Shown here: positions 1-12,240 of the stretch, in pieces
Layout: every line of letters starts with the position of its first letter
How positions within the stretch are numbered: position 1 is the stretch's first letter
Origin: Aplysia californica
Lineage: Eukaryota
Direction of reading: 5' to 3'
Length of the DNA stretch: 64,000 nt
Assembly (NCBI RefSeq): GCF_000002075.1
Contig: NW_004797350.1
Location: 1,032,505-1,096,504, forward strand
Notes under the pieces: generated by a model
Database searches by the model: none
The model's input: the letters and a program-made list of their open reading frames with translations, nothing else
Told to the model about the DNA's origin: nothing
Made by a program: the position numbers and the translations under genes

Positions 1-437
1 CATGGCAGACAAGTCTAACAGGATGTCTTCATGCCCCTCCTCCCACGAATGTATCTTAAAAATAAAAAAATCAATAATTCCTCCCATTCCGGAGTCCCAT
101 ACTTCGCGGCGTTCAGACTTTGAATAAACTTTGGTGACCCCAACAACCATTGCTCACACAATACCGTATCTTGGGATTTAAAAAGTCGTGATGCAGGTTC
201 AATGACCGGTCACGGTGGCGAACCCGACAAGATGCTTGTACATTGTATAACTTTCTCTTTTTTTCCACAAGTGACAGCACAGGACAAATATTGATTTATT
301 TTCATGGCGTCACATTTTTTCTAACCAAAAAAAAAGGGCATGGCAAAAATTGCCGCGGTTGACCCTTTGATTTTAAAGCCATTACGGGAAATTGCAACGG
401 CACCAAGGCAAATTGCCGCGGTCTGTTTTAAGCCCTG
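1..437. mobile_element. Right end of a probable hAT-like non-autonomous DNA transposon, truncated by the window edge
   Basis: Ends in ...ttttaagccctg (reverse complement CAGGGCTT, hAT-like terminus). Subterminal aattgccgcggt repeats at ~348 and ~411. Confidence 0.4.
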
Positions 438-534
438 TCTTAGACAATCATTTTTCTCCTCGATGGGTGGCCATCTTGTGCAATTTTTACGGTATGTGTT
501 TGTTCATAAATCTTTTCATTTTCAATGTTTGTAG

Positions 535-618
535 TTGAAACCGATAGAGTACCTGGTGGGGAGCACAGCCAAACTGAAGAATGTCCTGGTGCTGGGCATG
601 CTGGCTCAACTGAAAGAG
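535..618 (+). CDS. POLE2: DNA polymerase epsilon subunit 2, internal exon (LKPIEYLVGSTAKLKNVLVLGMLAQLKE)
   Basis: AG/GT bounded, phase 0-0. Matches recalled human POLE2 [28 protein letters not shown]. Upstream exons lie outside the window. Confidence 0.93.
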
Positions 619-1087
619 GTAAATAAGTTGTCCTAAATGTATTGTAATTCTGTCTGTGTGAGCTCTTCATATATATGAACAAATATTTTTTTGAAGTTGT
701 TGTTTTTTACTTTGATTTGTGTAAAGCACCCAGAGCTGTGTGTACTTGGGAAGGGGTGCTATGAAAATGCACTTCGTTATTATCATTTTTAGATTATCAA
801 CAGCTTGTTTGCTGCTCTCCATACATTTTGATGTATTTTCATTTCTCCTACTTTTAATCGAGTTACTGAAAAGCTAAGCAGCTGGTATGGTGCTCAGCCT
901 CCCCGTCCCTTCTGTGGTGTTGTGTAGGTCAGTTCCTTCATCTTTCATGTCATAAAAATATGACTGGAAAAGAACGAATGTCTGCACAAAAGCATACTTG
1001 CTTTTTTTTTTTCTAAGGCCCAACTTATGTTTGTTTGACTTCATTTGTCACAACTGTCATTTCTTGTATTGTTCCTTTTTCTTTCAG

Positions 1088-1144
1088 GGCAAGTGGTTTT
1101 TAGAAGATCCGACAGGAAATGTGAGGCTTGATTTTACTTCAGCA
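1088..1144 (+). CDS. POLE2: POLE2 exon (GKWFLEDPTGNVRLDFTSA)
   Basis: Matches POLE2 GKFFLEDPTGTVQLDLSKA. Followed by the U12 donor ATATCCTTT. Confidence 0.93.
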
Positions 1145-1704
1145 ATATCCTTTTTATGTTATTAAGGAGTACAGGGATTCATTTCTTTCCTTGTGATGTC
1201 TTGCTTTTTGCGTCGATGAATGTTCACAGGATCAGGATATGTGCATATTATTATTTCCTTACCTATAATTTCTCTTTTTATTATCATTTGGACTGTGATT
1301 AATTGATAGATGGTTGACTTCTTAATCACCTTTACATATACTTTTGCATTGCAGTCCACCCAGATTGTTGTCTTTATTTATTCAGTTGTCTTTGTAAACT
1401 CATTCTCTTTTGGATGTTTCTACTATGGATTATGTTGGTGGTTGGCGGGTGCTCTGGTGTGGTTTGCTTCTTCTTTCCTATCAAACATCTATCGTCCTTT
1501 TCTCCCCTTCTTCTTTTTTATGTTTGTTACTCTCTTGTAACACCTCTAATCTTCTGGCTTATATATGACCTTATGCAGTTGCGAGCGCCGTAAAACCCTC
1601 TACTATAAAAAATATAAATACTATGGATTATAGGTTGTTTTTTTTTCCCCCCCACTTTTTATTTTCTTGTTCTGGGAGAGAAGTAAATTCCTTATCATTG
1701 GTAC
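1145..1704 (+). other. POLE2: U12-type (minor spliceosome) AT-AC intron of POLE2
   Basis: 5' site ATATCCTTT at 1145, branch-like TTCCTTATC at 1688-1696, terminal AC at 1703-1704. Removal restores the frame and alignment (TSA|SFQPGLFTE). Confidence 0.9.
1435..1600 (+). repeat. Representative copy of an abundant retroposon 3' fragment. Other copies at ~10520-10970, 10975-11088, 12001-12163, 12637-12800, 16760-16945, 17810-17965, and 26855-26905 on -
   Basis: Recurrent ggtggttggcgggtgctctggtgtggtttgct... body ending in the stem-loop tail GGCGCTC-atatgaccttatgcagttgc-GAGCGCC-gtaaaac. Confidence 0.8.
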
Positions 1705-1826
1705 AGCTTTCAGCCAGGACTTTTCACAGAGAACTCATTTGTCCTAGCTGAAGGATGGTATGAAGACAGTGTTTTTCACATAGAAGCGTTTGGTCTTCCT
1801 CCTCCAGAACTGGCAGAGACTACCAG
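1705..1826 (+). CDS. POLE2: POLE2 exon ([41 protein letters not shown])
   Basis: Matches POLE2 [39 protein letters not shown] donor, phase 2. Confidence 0.93.
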
Positions 1827-1891
1827 GTATGTTTAGGAAAGTAATGTTATGATTTCAGCATTTAGCCTGTCTTACCACTTGATCCTCTTAA

Positions 1892-2570
1892 CGGGAGGAG
1901 TGACCCTTGAGGACCATTTTCTGTTTGTTGCCCGAGATCAAATCTAAGTACACATATAAGTTAGGCATATTAAAATCTCTTGATATGCAATTTTATTTTG
2001 GCATAGCTACAGCGGTTGCTATGGAAACGGCGGCCATCTTGAAAATAAACAATGAATTTCAAATCCCTAAGGATTTCTTATTTACTGACCAAATTTGGTG
2101 AGAGTACCTGATCCAGACCCTATCAGCGTAACAGCAAGTTTTTTTCAATAAGTGCAAGAGGGGGGGAAAATATGAACATTTGCTCAGTGTATAAAAACCC
2201 TTTTCTAAATTTATGTTGCGTAATCGCTTGCCAATGGAAAAGTGTTGGGGGTTTTTTTTCGCAAATATCTCTCTGTTGCTTTGATGGCAACCTTGCCATC
2301 TAGGTTTCCTGAAAGTTTCATGTCAAAAGGAAGGAGTAGGGAAAAAACTGCCAAAAAATGACATTTTGCGAAAAACGACAATTATTGTGAGAATTCACTA
2401 TATTATCACGCCCTTATGTTTTCAAAGGCAATTTGCGAAGAGAATAAAGACTTTCTCAGTTGTATCCATGCTATTTTTAGACAAAGAACTGTTGATCTTA
2501 AAAAATCAGCCAACATCTCAATGTGCATAGCCTGACCCGAAATAGGCAAAATCAAGGGTCGCTCCTCCCC
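1892..2570. mobile_element. MITE with 19-bp TIRs and TTAA target site (Kolobok/piggyBac-type)
   Basis: TTAA|cgggaggagtgacccttga ... tcaagggtcgctcctcccc|TTAA. Confidence 0.8.
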
Positions 2571-3099
2571 TTAAACTCCACATACTTTTGGGAGCCACAT
2601 TTTGTGGCTTGCATGACCCATGCTTTGTGGCAGCTAGCCACTTTTCATGACACGACAAATTAGTTAATTATGATACTTGTTTTGTTTTCAGACTCTTGCA
2701 AGCTACTATTTTGCACGCAGATTCCTTTTTTTTCTCTCAACTCTGACAGAAAGTTAGTTTCCTGCATTTTGATATTATATATATATATATAATTTATGAG
2801 TTTGTCTAAATAATTCAGAAAAAATTCTTATTTACTTTGTGATTACAGTCAGGAAAGAATAGATGCTTACTTGGTTTTGTCTTAGTGGAGAGAACATAGT
2901 TTGTTAGGGACAGAATTGAGCCTAAATTGCTGTATTGATGGCAGTTGGGCCAACCTGAAAAACTGACCTGTTCCTCTGTGTATGATGTATAATATACGCT
3001 CTTACACCATAAGAACTCTGTCTTCATAAGTTAATGCAAAACTTACTTGTGTGTCAAACAGTTATACAAATTATTATGCATCTTTCTGTTTCATTCTAG

Positions 3100-3241
3100 G
3101 TCTTACTTTGGGAACATCAACTTTTTTGGAGGTCCGTCCTCCATACAAGTGAAAGCGTCTGCTCGGCTGGCACAGATTGAAGCAGATAATACAGATGCCA
3201 TGTTTGTGCTGCTCTCTGATGTTTGGCTTGACAACAGCAGG
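3100..3241 (+). CDS. POLE2: POLE2 exon ([12 protein letters not shown]...[15 protein letters not shown])
   Basis: Conserved NFFGGP and LSDVWLD motifs; splice phases consistent. Confidence 0.95.
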
Positions 3242-3756
3242 GTATGAAGGCTCTGTTATACGGCACTGGAAGTTTTTGTGGGATGGGTTGTACTTAAGTT
3301 CTAAAATATAGCGATAATGAGTATTTGCCCTGTTGTGTCTCAGATAGCACAGGTAATTTAATCGAGGCACAAAGAGATGACTTGGCCAGATAAGTATCTT
3401 TTTGCTGTTGCTGTACACGGTTCTTCTTATCTCCCCAATCATAAGTCCTAAGTTGAGAAAACTTTGCTTGCAAGAAGATGGTTTTATTTATTGAAAGATG
3501 GGAAAAGGTTTTATTTAAAGGCTCTAGATATGGTCTGTGAATTAAAATCACCAGCATAAAGGGCAGGTCCAGTAGCTTCACCAATATTTGTAACTTTCTT
3601 AAGATTACTTTGTATCTTTTTCAGCAAATCGAAATTTTTGTTTACATTTGCGAACTGAGAAAATCTCGTTAATTTGAATTTTTCCAGATGTTATCTGTGA
3701 TTTCGCAAGGTAAAGTCTCGAGTCTTTCACAATGGTTATCATTCCTTTTATTTCAG

Positions 3757-3877
3757 ATCATGGAAAAACTTGACCTGATGTTCAAAGGATATGCCGATTA
3801 CCCACCCACAGCTTTTATTTTCTGTGGGAACTTTCTGTCATCTGCGAAGGTACTGAGTCATGCGAAGACACTTCAAG
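3757..3877 (+). CDS. POLE2: POLE2 exon (IMEKLDLMFKGYADYPPTAFIFCGNFLS...)
   Basis: Conserved PPT-F---GNF motif; AG/GT bounded, phase 0-1. Confidence 0.95.
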
Positions 3878-3957
3878 GTAAATCAAAGGGCTGTTCTGTA
3901 CTCTTATTTTCAAAGCCATGACGTCACTGCAGACTCCAAGATAGGTGTTTACCTGTA

Positions 3958-4030
3958 TCTGTGGTGTAGCGGTTAGTCGTTTCTCTGTCACACGCTGGAG
4001 ACCCGAGTTTGATTCTTGAGTGGGGAGGAA
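3958..4030 (+). mobile_element. Degenerate tRNA-derived SINE head (Asp-GTC-like)
   Basis: A box gtggtgtagcggtta, ctgtcac loop, decayed B box gagtttgattc. No intact acceptor stem. Confidence 0.45.
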
Positions 4031-4932
4031 TTTTTATAGAGTATCTTGGTCTTTCTGCTAGGATGTTGTATCCCTCTCAGCCAGAGTAGATCCTAACAGG
4101 CAGGGTCAAGGAAAAAGAGTGGTGTTTATCAAATAAAAATGCTTACATAGTTTGTCATATTGAAGTTGCTACAGTGGGCAGTAGCTGATTAAGTACTGAA
4201 CCAATACTTACAACCATCCCTAAGGTTACTACTACATTCTATATTTTATCCTTCAAGAGACCTGGGAGAAGGTTTGTTTGTTTTTGTTTTGTTTTTGGCT
4301 TTTCTTGAAGTTGCAAATGTCAAAATGTAGAGCCACTTCATTTCACTATAACTGTCATTACTGCAATAGAAACACAAAAATGGTACTATTTTCGACTTAG
4401 TTTGATATGGTGTTTCTGTAAATGCTATTTGCCCTGCTCTCTTTTCCACACTGAACCTACCTGAGCCCCCTTGTATTTGCTGCTAAATTTACACTAACCC
4501 CACGTTGTTCTGCACACACGAGGGTAAAGATAGTTCACCCTGGGGCATGCAGTTGGGTCTGTAGGGTATTCATACTTGGCTAGAGGACAACTGTTTATCT
4601 TTTTCTCTTTACTTTTTTTATATGGAGAAAACATTACAGAAAATCAGTTGTTTGGTAACTTTTTAATCGGGCTGTATCATGGCTCTACCCGAAGATGCTT
4701 TTACAGTAACTTGAAACTCTCATTGTCGCAAAGATTGGTTTTCCCTCAGTAATGTTATATTTCTCAATGGAAGTGTGTGATTTCTGAAGTGAGTAGCTGT
4801 AAGATATAATGTGTGATTGGTTTTGTGTCAAATATTACTTGGACCACAACACTCTAAATAGATAGGACCCCTTATATTTTGAGTTTTCTTTTGCCTCCCT
4901 TGTCTTTTTTTATATTTATCTTGACATGTGCT

Positions 4933-4936
<4 letters not shown>

Positions 4937-4986
<50 letters not shown>
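4937..4986. repeat. (CT)n microsatellite upstream of a POLE2 exon
   Basis: Seen directly. Confidence 0.95.
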
Positions 4987-4990
<4 letters not shown>

Positions 4991-5042
4991 GTCTTTCGTT
5001 AAATCGTCTATCATTTTTGTATGATTTTTTTATATCTCCTAG

Positions 5043-5157
5043 AATGTTTTAAAGACCTTGGAAATATGCTGTCAAATTATCCGAACCTGATAAGCAACAG
5101 TCGTATGATCTTTGTTCCCGGCCCCAATGATCCAGGTCATTCCACCATACTGCCAAG
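5043..5157 (+). CDS. POLE2: POLE2 exon (CFKDLGNMLSNYPNLISNSRMIFVPGPNDPGHSTILPR)
   Basis: Conserved FVPGPxDPG..ILPR motif; phase 1-2. Confidence 0.95.
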
Positions 5158-5586
5158 GTGAGTGGCTACTTTTGTCCGGGGGGGGGTTTTTTTTTTTTTT
5201 TTTTTACTCTTTGAGTGTACTACTGTTGTTATGGATTTTGTGCTCATAACTGTATTCAGTCTATATACTTATTGTTACTGTTACAGTCAGCAGCTTATCT
5301 ACAAACAAGTTATTGAAGCCTTTTGTATCATGGTGTTTAGAAAGTTTATAGATGTTAAGGGCTCACCTTTTTAGTATTCCTTGACTAAAATTGAAGTTTA
5401 AGAATGACTTTTTGGAAAACTTAGATTTCAGTGTTACCTTTCCAGCATTCATGATAGCATTTTGGGAGATTTTCTTTTCTTTTTGAAAAACTGTTGGTAG
5501 TTTCAAGTATAATGCAAGAGTATTGTGTCTGCTGTTCATAGATGCTGTAGTAAAATGTATTTCCCTCATTTTTCACTTTTTTCCAG

Positions 5587-5770
5587 ACCCACCATTCCTA
5601 ATGTTATCACAGAGGCTTTCAGAAAGAAAGTGCCGGACGCCATTTTCACCTCCAATCCCTGCCGTATTCAATACTGTACTCAGGAAATTATCATCTTTAG
5701 AGAGGATATTGTTACAAAGATGTGCAGAAATTGTGTGAAATTTCCATCTGATGGCAATGTGCCCACACAT
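5587..5770 (+). CDS. POLE2: POLE2 exon (PTIPNVITEAFRKKVPDAIFTSNPCRIQYCTQEIIIFREDIVTKMCRNCVKFP...)
   Basis: Near-identical to POLE2 NPCRIQYCTQEI..FRED...KMCRNC; phase 2-0. Confidence 0.97.
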
Positions 5771-6499
5771 GTAAGTAAAAGCTTAAGTGCTTTATAGATT
5801 TCTTCCTTGGTTTATTTTTCATATAGATTTGTATTTGGTATAGTGTATCCTAAAGATACTTCATGGATTCATAACTTGATGTGCACTGCTTTGGTTTGTT
5901 TAGTTTAGTATGAGCTGGAATATTTCATGTGGTCTTTTGATGGAGCTGCGTACTTATTTATTTTATCTTAATTTTTTTCGTCAGATTAAATATTTGTTAA
6001 GAGTAAAGTATTACCATTTTAACTTTGTGCTGTACAGAACCCATTTCTCTCGAAAACATTTATTTCAAAAGACACATGTTAATATTTACAAATAGAGAAA
6101 AAACCACTCATTTCAGAACTGTTCATGTTGTCTTTGCATCCATCCCAGATTAGAATCAATCTCAGTACATCGGTGTTCACAGTGTTCCGTTGGTCAGTTC
6201 CTTGACTCACTCCTTTCCTCTGTGTCTTGCAACGAGGTCACTGTCATCTTGCAAAGTAGTAGTTTTCTTTTATACTTTCATAATAATTATTATTGTTTTG
6301 ATTTCTTTTGTTTTTTCAACAATGATTTTCAGCTTTCTTTTTGTCCCTTACAGTTTTGTGTTGAAGGAGCATTTATTAGAAAGGTAATTAAATTCCTACG
6401 AATGGGGTACTTTAAAAAAAAAAGAAAGCTAATGTAGGTTTGAATTATCTCCTGCTTTTACAGTTTTTGAACTCTTGCCTTTTTCCCTTTTTCTTCCAG

Positions 6500-6676
6500 T
6501 TTGCCAAGTCTTTGATCAGTCAAGCCCACCTGTGCCCTTTGCCACTACACGTTAGTCCCATCTACTGGGCTCACGACTGCAGCCTTCGGCTTTACCCCTT
6601 ACCTGATATGATTGTCACTGCCGATAAATTTGATCCCTTCACGACCAACGCTGCCTCCACAACTGTGATAAATCCT
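6500..6676 (+). CDS. POLE2: POLE2 exon ([47 protein letters not shown]...INP)
   Basis: Conserved SQ.HL.PLP...P.YW..D..LR.YP.PD motif; phase 0-0. Confidence 0.97.
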
Positions 6677-9600
6677 GTGAGTATTTTTTTTCCACTTTCC
6701 GCATCACAGCTTGGTTTGGGCTCTTTCAAAACTGTCCATCTCTTTTGCTACTCTCTGAAAAAAAGTCCAGTGTTCAATGATGTATTGGACATGTGTACTT
6801 ATTGAAATAAGGTATTTTCATCTGTTGAGTTTTCTTCCCTGAAAACATTTAATTCATTATTGATCAGCAAAGTCAAATGGACCATTGTGCTATGGGATAT
6901 TGTTTCATTTCTTTAAGATATCCTGTGGTCATTTTTTTGTTTTATATCTGTCCTGTGTTTTATCTGAGACGAAAGAGAAGCAAAGCAGATGATGATAATG
7001 GATTTTTTAACCGTATTTAATTGTCAGTGACACATATATTCTGCCAATTAAGCCTGCCCTGTCTTTCTTTCTCCAAAAGATAACTTTTTCTTGTACCAAC
7101 AAAATTTGTGCGACATGTCTTTCCAATCGCGAAATATCTCAGGAAGTCCCCACTTTGATCACCTAAACAGGATCAGTTGAAATACCTGTCATTCACAGAA
7201 TCTGCGATGCATTCTATATGCTTGTTTGAAACCTATTCTTGGTTTTGTGAGCAGTAGATGTAGATTCTCTTTGGAGTTTTGTCATCTCTCTTTGTGTAGT
7301 ATGTCAGCATGTGGGAACCACGACCTTCAAACAAGGATTTAGCGGTTCCAGCAGGCTTTTGATGATTTTTCCATCTCAGTTCAATGTTGGAGACAAGATT
7401 AGTGTTATACAGTATTACACAGATAGGTTGAACACAGAAGACGCAAAATTACGCATCCATCGAACTGTGCCTGCAGTCCAGGGTTTTTTTTTCTTTCTAC
7501 CTTATCTTTGTAAGATATCCCTGGAACTACCGAGGCCGGTACCGACGAATTTGAGCTATCTGTGTTATACTGTATTTGTGTACTAAACCCATTTGAGAAA
7601 AAAAATGTGGGTTTTTTTGGTGAATTTATGTTTATGCCCCTTTCAATAAGTCCATACCCTTTTCAATGCTAAGATTGGGGAGGGGCTCTGATAAGGCGTA
7701 GTCAAGTAAAAGAAGAGCCTTGAAAACTCTCTAAAGAACCAAGTTCAGGATTCAAATCTAGGCCATCCCCTGTGTAGTTTATCATGTTACAAGTGAGCTT
7801 TGATGCACACCAAAATACCTCCTGCTTTCAGGGGTGAGTTTGGGACAAATCTGGGATGTATTAACAGTGTTGATCAGTGCATGCAGCCACATCTTGGGTA
7901 CTCTTCTTTGTGGTTTTCTCTTCACTCAAGAGTACTGTTCCATTATGTTTAGTGTGATTGATACTGTGTGGAAAATGAAATGCGCAAGAAGCCGAAATGT
8001 AAAAACAGTAGTCTCCGCCTAAGATCCTGGTGCTCGGAAGCAAGGAAAATTTGGGATCTTACGCGAACAGGATCTTAACCAAATCACCAAGGGAAGAATC
8101 TTCGGTGGCCCGTGTTAGGGCCCACAACTGGTATAATGGTCTCCCTTCACTTTAGAATGAATTGATGTGACCCCTGGGTGGGTTTATGACATATGGCGAG
8201 CAAAGTGGTCAACCTTGATGACCAATCACAGTGGCATGAGGCATGCCATTTTCACTTATTCTATCATGATTCTTAAGATCTACGCTTATCCTGTTGCCCC
8301 TCTCCCTTTACCTGTCCAAAATTTATAGGTTATGTTGTGACCACATCAGAATTCAGTTTGCCTCGTAAATTCGGTAGTAGAGACAACTGCTGCAATGGTC
8401 AGGGAAGAGTTCACAGTTCGATGTGATCCCATCCAGAGGGAACTTGTAGTAAGTTGTAGGCCCTACCCACCCAACATGTGATGTAAGCTTAGGTGGAGTA
8501 GATTTTGAGGTGTTATCGGTTCAAATAATGTAAATTATGAATGCCTCAAATATGGCTGACTGTAAGACAGGGAATTTCGTCATAGGCATTATGGAACCAG
8601 ACAGAACTTCTGTTGTAAGGTGCAATAGGATTGCTGTGATAAGATTTTTCTCTTTATATGTACACAAAGTTATGGGGAATTAATCAGCTTTTTTTTGCTT
8701 TTTTAAATTGTTTTGGTTAATTGGAGAACTAACATCTACCTTTATGTTAGTCAGTCCCGTTACCTGCATTTGGTGTCAAACTTAAGACATATTTTAGCTA
8801 CCATTGCTTGTAAGTTGATCTTGGGTTCACTTTCTTTAATGTCTTGAAATCCCACTCAGTGCTTGGTTATGGAGCATGAAAGTACATGTGTCTTTATAAT
8901 TTCTGTTAACTTACAAGTGAAGGTACAATAGAATAAGATTTTATAAACATGTGTGATATTTGGGCTATTCCTTCAAATTCGATTGGGTTTTTTTAATGTC
9001 TTAATTTCATTGCGCTATGCACCAAAGGGCACCACCAGAAATAATATGGATGAGCATTTTTCCATCATAACACTCACACTTTGCTCTCCTCAATGGACAA
9101 GTTCCCTCTCTCTCCTCTCTCCCCCCTCCACCCCCATCTCAATATTTCTGTTTGTTTGCGACTTCCTTTGCAAGTGATTCTTTCTCTGTGTGCTCTCAAT
9201 CATATCGTCAACAAACTGTTTGCATTCTCTCGCGGGCTCTGCCAAGTCATCCAGGTGATGACGTGGGTGCTTGGTCTCTCGTGTTTACCCCTGTCCTTTT
9301 CTCTGTGGAGTTGCTTCCCCTCGTCCGCTGTTGACCCAACACGTCTGTGTTTGCCGGGGGCTCTGGGCCTCCTTCCCTTCGTCCTCTCAGCCAGCCTTCA
9401 CCCAATTCTTTGTCACAAGAAATGAGGACATGGTCACCCGAAGCAGGTCATTGAGAGAGAGAGAGCGACAGATAGAGAGGTCAAGCAAGTGAACAGTGTG
9501 TTTGTGTGTTTTTCTGTGTGCATGTTTGTCAGATAGTATCACATGTGCATATGTGTGTGCGCAAGATTGGATGTCACCAATAATTCCTACTTCTTTTATA

Positions 9601-9723
9601 TGGCTGTGAGGTTTTTTTCTGTCTGTCTAGTTTGCATTTTTCCTCCACAGAATTGCCATTGCCGGGTCATTGTGCTTTTCTTTACTCAAACTGAACTGTG
9701 CATATCTTGTAAAGTTGTATTGA

Positions 9724-10445
9724 GGGCTCTCGTGGCCTAGAGGTTAAAGTGTTCGCCTCTCATTCAACGGTCCCCGGTTCGAATCCGGGCAGCGACGAAA
9801 GAAATTTTTTCTCTAAAGTTCTCTCCTTTCACCTCCTTTCTTGCTCTCTAGCAATGTTCTGTCATCTGCTTTCGTTTCCACTTTCTGCCCCCCACCCCCT
9901 CATCTCCTTTGCCCCCCACCCCCCTCATCTCCTTTGCCCCCTCCTCTGAGCATCAAGAGATCTTTAACGTGCACAACTTGCACAGGGGACCTCAGAGATT
10001 TTCTGCCCTTGTCTGAGAAGGCTAGGTGTAGATCTTTCCTACCAGAAGATCAGGGGTATGGCTAAAAGACAGCAGTAATGAGCCAAGGAGAAGCAATAGA
10101 AAGGCTACAGAAAGAGTCAGGAGCCCAGAGGAGGGGGCAAAGGAGGTGAGGGGGTGGGGTCAGAAAGTGGAGACAAAAGCAGACGACAGAACATTGCTAG
10201 AGAGCAAGAAAGGAGGTGAAAGGAGACAATTTTAGAGATGAAAATTTTTCTGTCGCTACCCGGATTCGAACCCGGGACCTTTGAATGAGAGGTGAACACC
10301 TTAACCTCTAGGCCATAAGAGCCCCTTGATAAGAGTAGGGTTCGGCTGCCACCCAGGCAAAATTCAAAATATCCTACCAACTGAAAATGTTTAAGGTGTC
10401 CCTCAAGCTCATAGTATCTTATGCAGTTGCAAGCGCCGTAAAACA
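9724..10445. mobile_element. tRNA(Glu-like)-derived SINE with internal inverted duplication: + head/body, - copy at 9952-10325, + tail
   Basis: A/B boxes gtggcctagaggtt and ggttcgaatcc; central gcacgttaaagatc...taagagtagg domain resembling the Deu/Nin SINE domain; shared stem-loop tail. Confidence 0.8.
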
Positions 10446-10623
10446 CTTACCCATGATGCCCATCTATGATGTTTTTCTTTTAATAAGTTTGTCTTACACT
10501 GCTTTTAGAATCCGTAAATGGTGAGTGGTTGGCTGGTGATCTGGTGTGGTTTGCTCCTTCTTTCCTATCAAACATCTATAATCCTTACCTCCCCTTCTTC
10601 TTATGTTTGTTACTCTCTTGTAA

Positions 10624-10883
10624 GAGGGTGTGGTGGCCGAGCGGCTAGTGGGCTCGTCTCCGAAGCGCAAAGTCCGGGTGCGAGCCTCGGTTCGGACACG
10701 GATTTTTTCGCCCCCTCCTGCCCATTCAGCAGTAATGGGTACCTGACTTCGAGTTGGGGATGTAAAGGCGGTGTGAAAAGGAACTGGCCACCCTACCACA
10801 ATATGCCGAAGGCCCAGGAAGTTGTCTCACTTAGGCAATCCCCAATGTCCGGGTACGGGTCGGATGCGCGAACATCTTTACTT
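10624..10883 (+). mobile_element. Young tRNA-derived SINE of a second family, inserted into another repeat
   Basis: 14-bp TSD ttactctcttgtaa at 10610-10623 and 10884-10897. A box gtggccgagcgg, central cagcagtaatgggtacctg, (CTTTA) tail. Confidence 0.85.
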
Positions 10884-11265
10884 TTACTCTCTTGTAACAC
10901 CTTTATTCTTCTGGCGCTCATATGACTTTATGCAGTTGCGAGCGCCGTAAAACCTCTACGAAAACTAAAACATGCCGTCCTTATCTCCTCTCCATTTTTT
11001 GGTATTTGTTACTCTCTTGTAACACCTTTAATCTTCTGCTTTTATATATCTATGACCTTATTGTGTCGCAAGTGCAGTGGTAAAACTCATTTTTAAAGGT
11101 GAAATCCGTGAATGCTGAATCCCAGGCATGGTTTTGATAAGTGATGTTCTGGCCACGGGCTGAAATCAGGATTTCTTTCTTTTTATGTGGTTTAGGGAGA
11201 TGAATTAGTTGAAATTGTCTGGCACTCCTAAATCACACATGACTTATTCGGTGGTTTTTTAAGTA

Positions 11266-11738
11266 TTTTACTGCGCTTGCAACGCATAAGGTCATATGAG
11301 CGCGTGGGACACAGTAAACATTTTCTTTGGTAGGAATTAATGTTAAGTTTTGCCTGGGTGGCGGCCGAAGGCTACTCTTATCGATTTTAGGACCACCAAG
11401 GGATCTTTAACGTGCGCAACTTTCACACGGGACCTCCCAGATTTTTTCCGAGAAGGCTGTGTGTTAGATCTTACCTACCCTAAGATCAGGGGTGTGCTTG
11501 AAAAAGCAATAGGGAGCCAAAAAGTAGCAGTAGGAAAACTGCTGAAAGGAGTCAGCACCCCAGAGGAGGGGGGGGGGGTGTGCAGAAAGTAGAGACAAAA
11601 GCAGACGACCATATGGTTCGAGAGCGGGAAGAAGGTTAAAATTTTAGAGAGGAAAATTTTCTGTCGCTATCAGGTTTCGAACTCAGGACCTATTGAATTA
11701 GAGGCGAACACCGTACCCCTAGACTATGAAAGCTCCCC
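11266..11738 (-). mobile_element. tRNA-derived Deu/Nin-like SINE, diverged near-full-length copy
   Basis: Collinear with the 38813-39274 copy. Confidence 0.8.
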
Positions 11739-12240
11739 CACCTCCACCCTATCAGTGCTCTGATGGCAAGTCTTTGTTGAATTTTATTTTTTCAAAGTTC
11801 TCTTGAAATTAGTGCTAAGATGGCCGAGTTGCGAGCGCCGTAAAACTTGTTTNNNNNNNNNNNNNNNNNNNNNNNNNNNNNNNNNNNNNNNNNNNNNNNN
11901 NNNNNNNNNNNNNNNNNNNNNNNNNNNNNNNNNNNNNNNNNNNNNNNNNNNNGTCTGAAATGTGTTTAGGAGCAACACGATGTGCGCGCTCTTTTGTATC
12001 TGGGTGGTTGGCGGGTGTTCTGGTGCGGTTTGCTCCTTCTTTCCTATAAAAAAAATATCACCCTTATCGAGCCTCAATCTTTTTTGTGTTTGTTACTCTC
12101 TTGCAACACCTCCAATCTTCGGCATGTGTATCACCATATTGTATTGCAAGTGCCGTAAAACTCTTACCAAAACGTTCTTTTGTGTCTGTAGGAGCGTGCT
12201 GGTCACTCCGCAGTTTTGTACTTTCGTTTCCCCTCCACTT

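Noticed and set aside
9180-9420. Solo LTR starting TGTGAC on the minus strand
   Set aside because: No second boundary or TSD found.
9724-9795. tRNA-Glu-like gene (also 10250-10325, 39200-39274, 3958-4030, 10626-10700, 37430-37500)
   Set aside because: No proper acceptor stem, and most continue into shared SINE bodies, some with TSDs. These are SINE heads, not tRNA genes.
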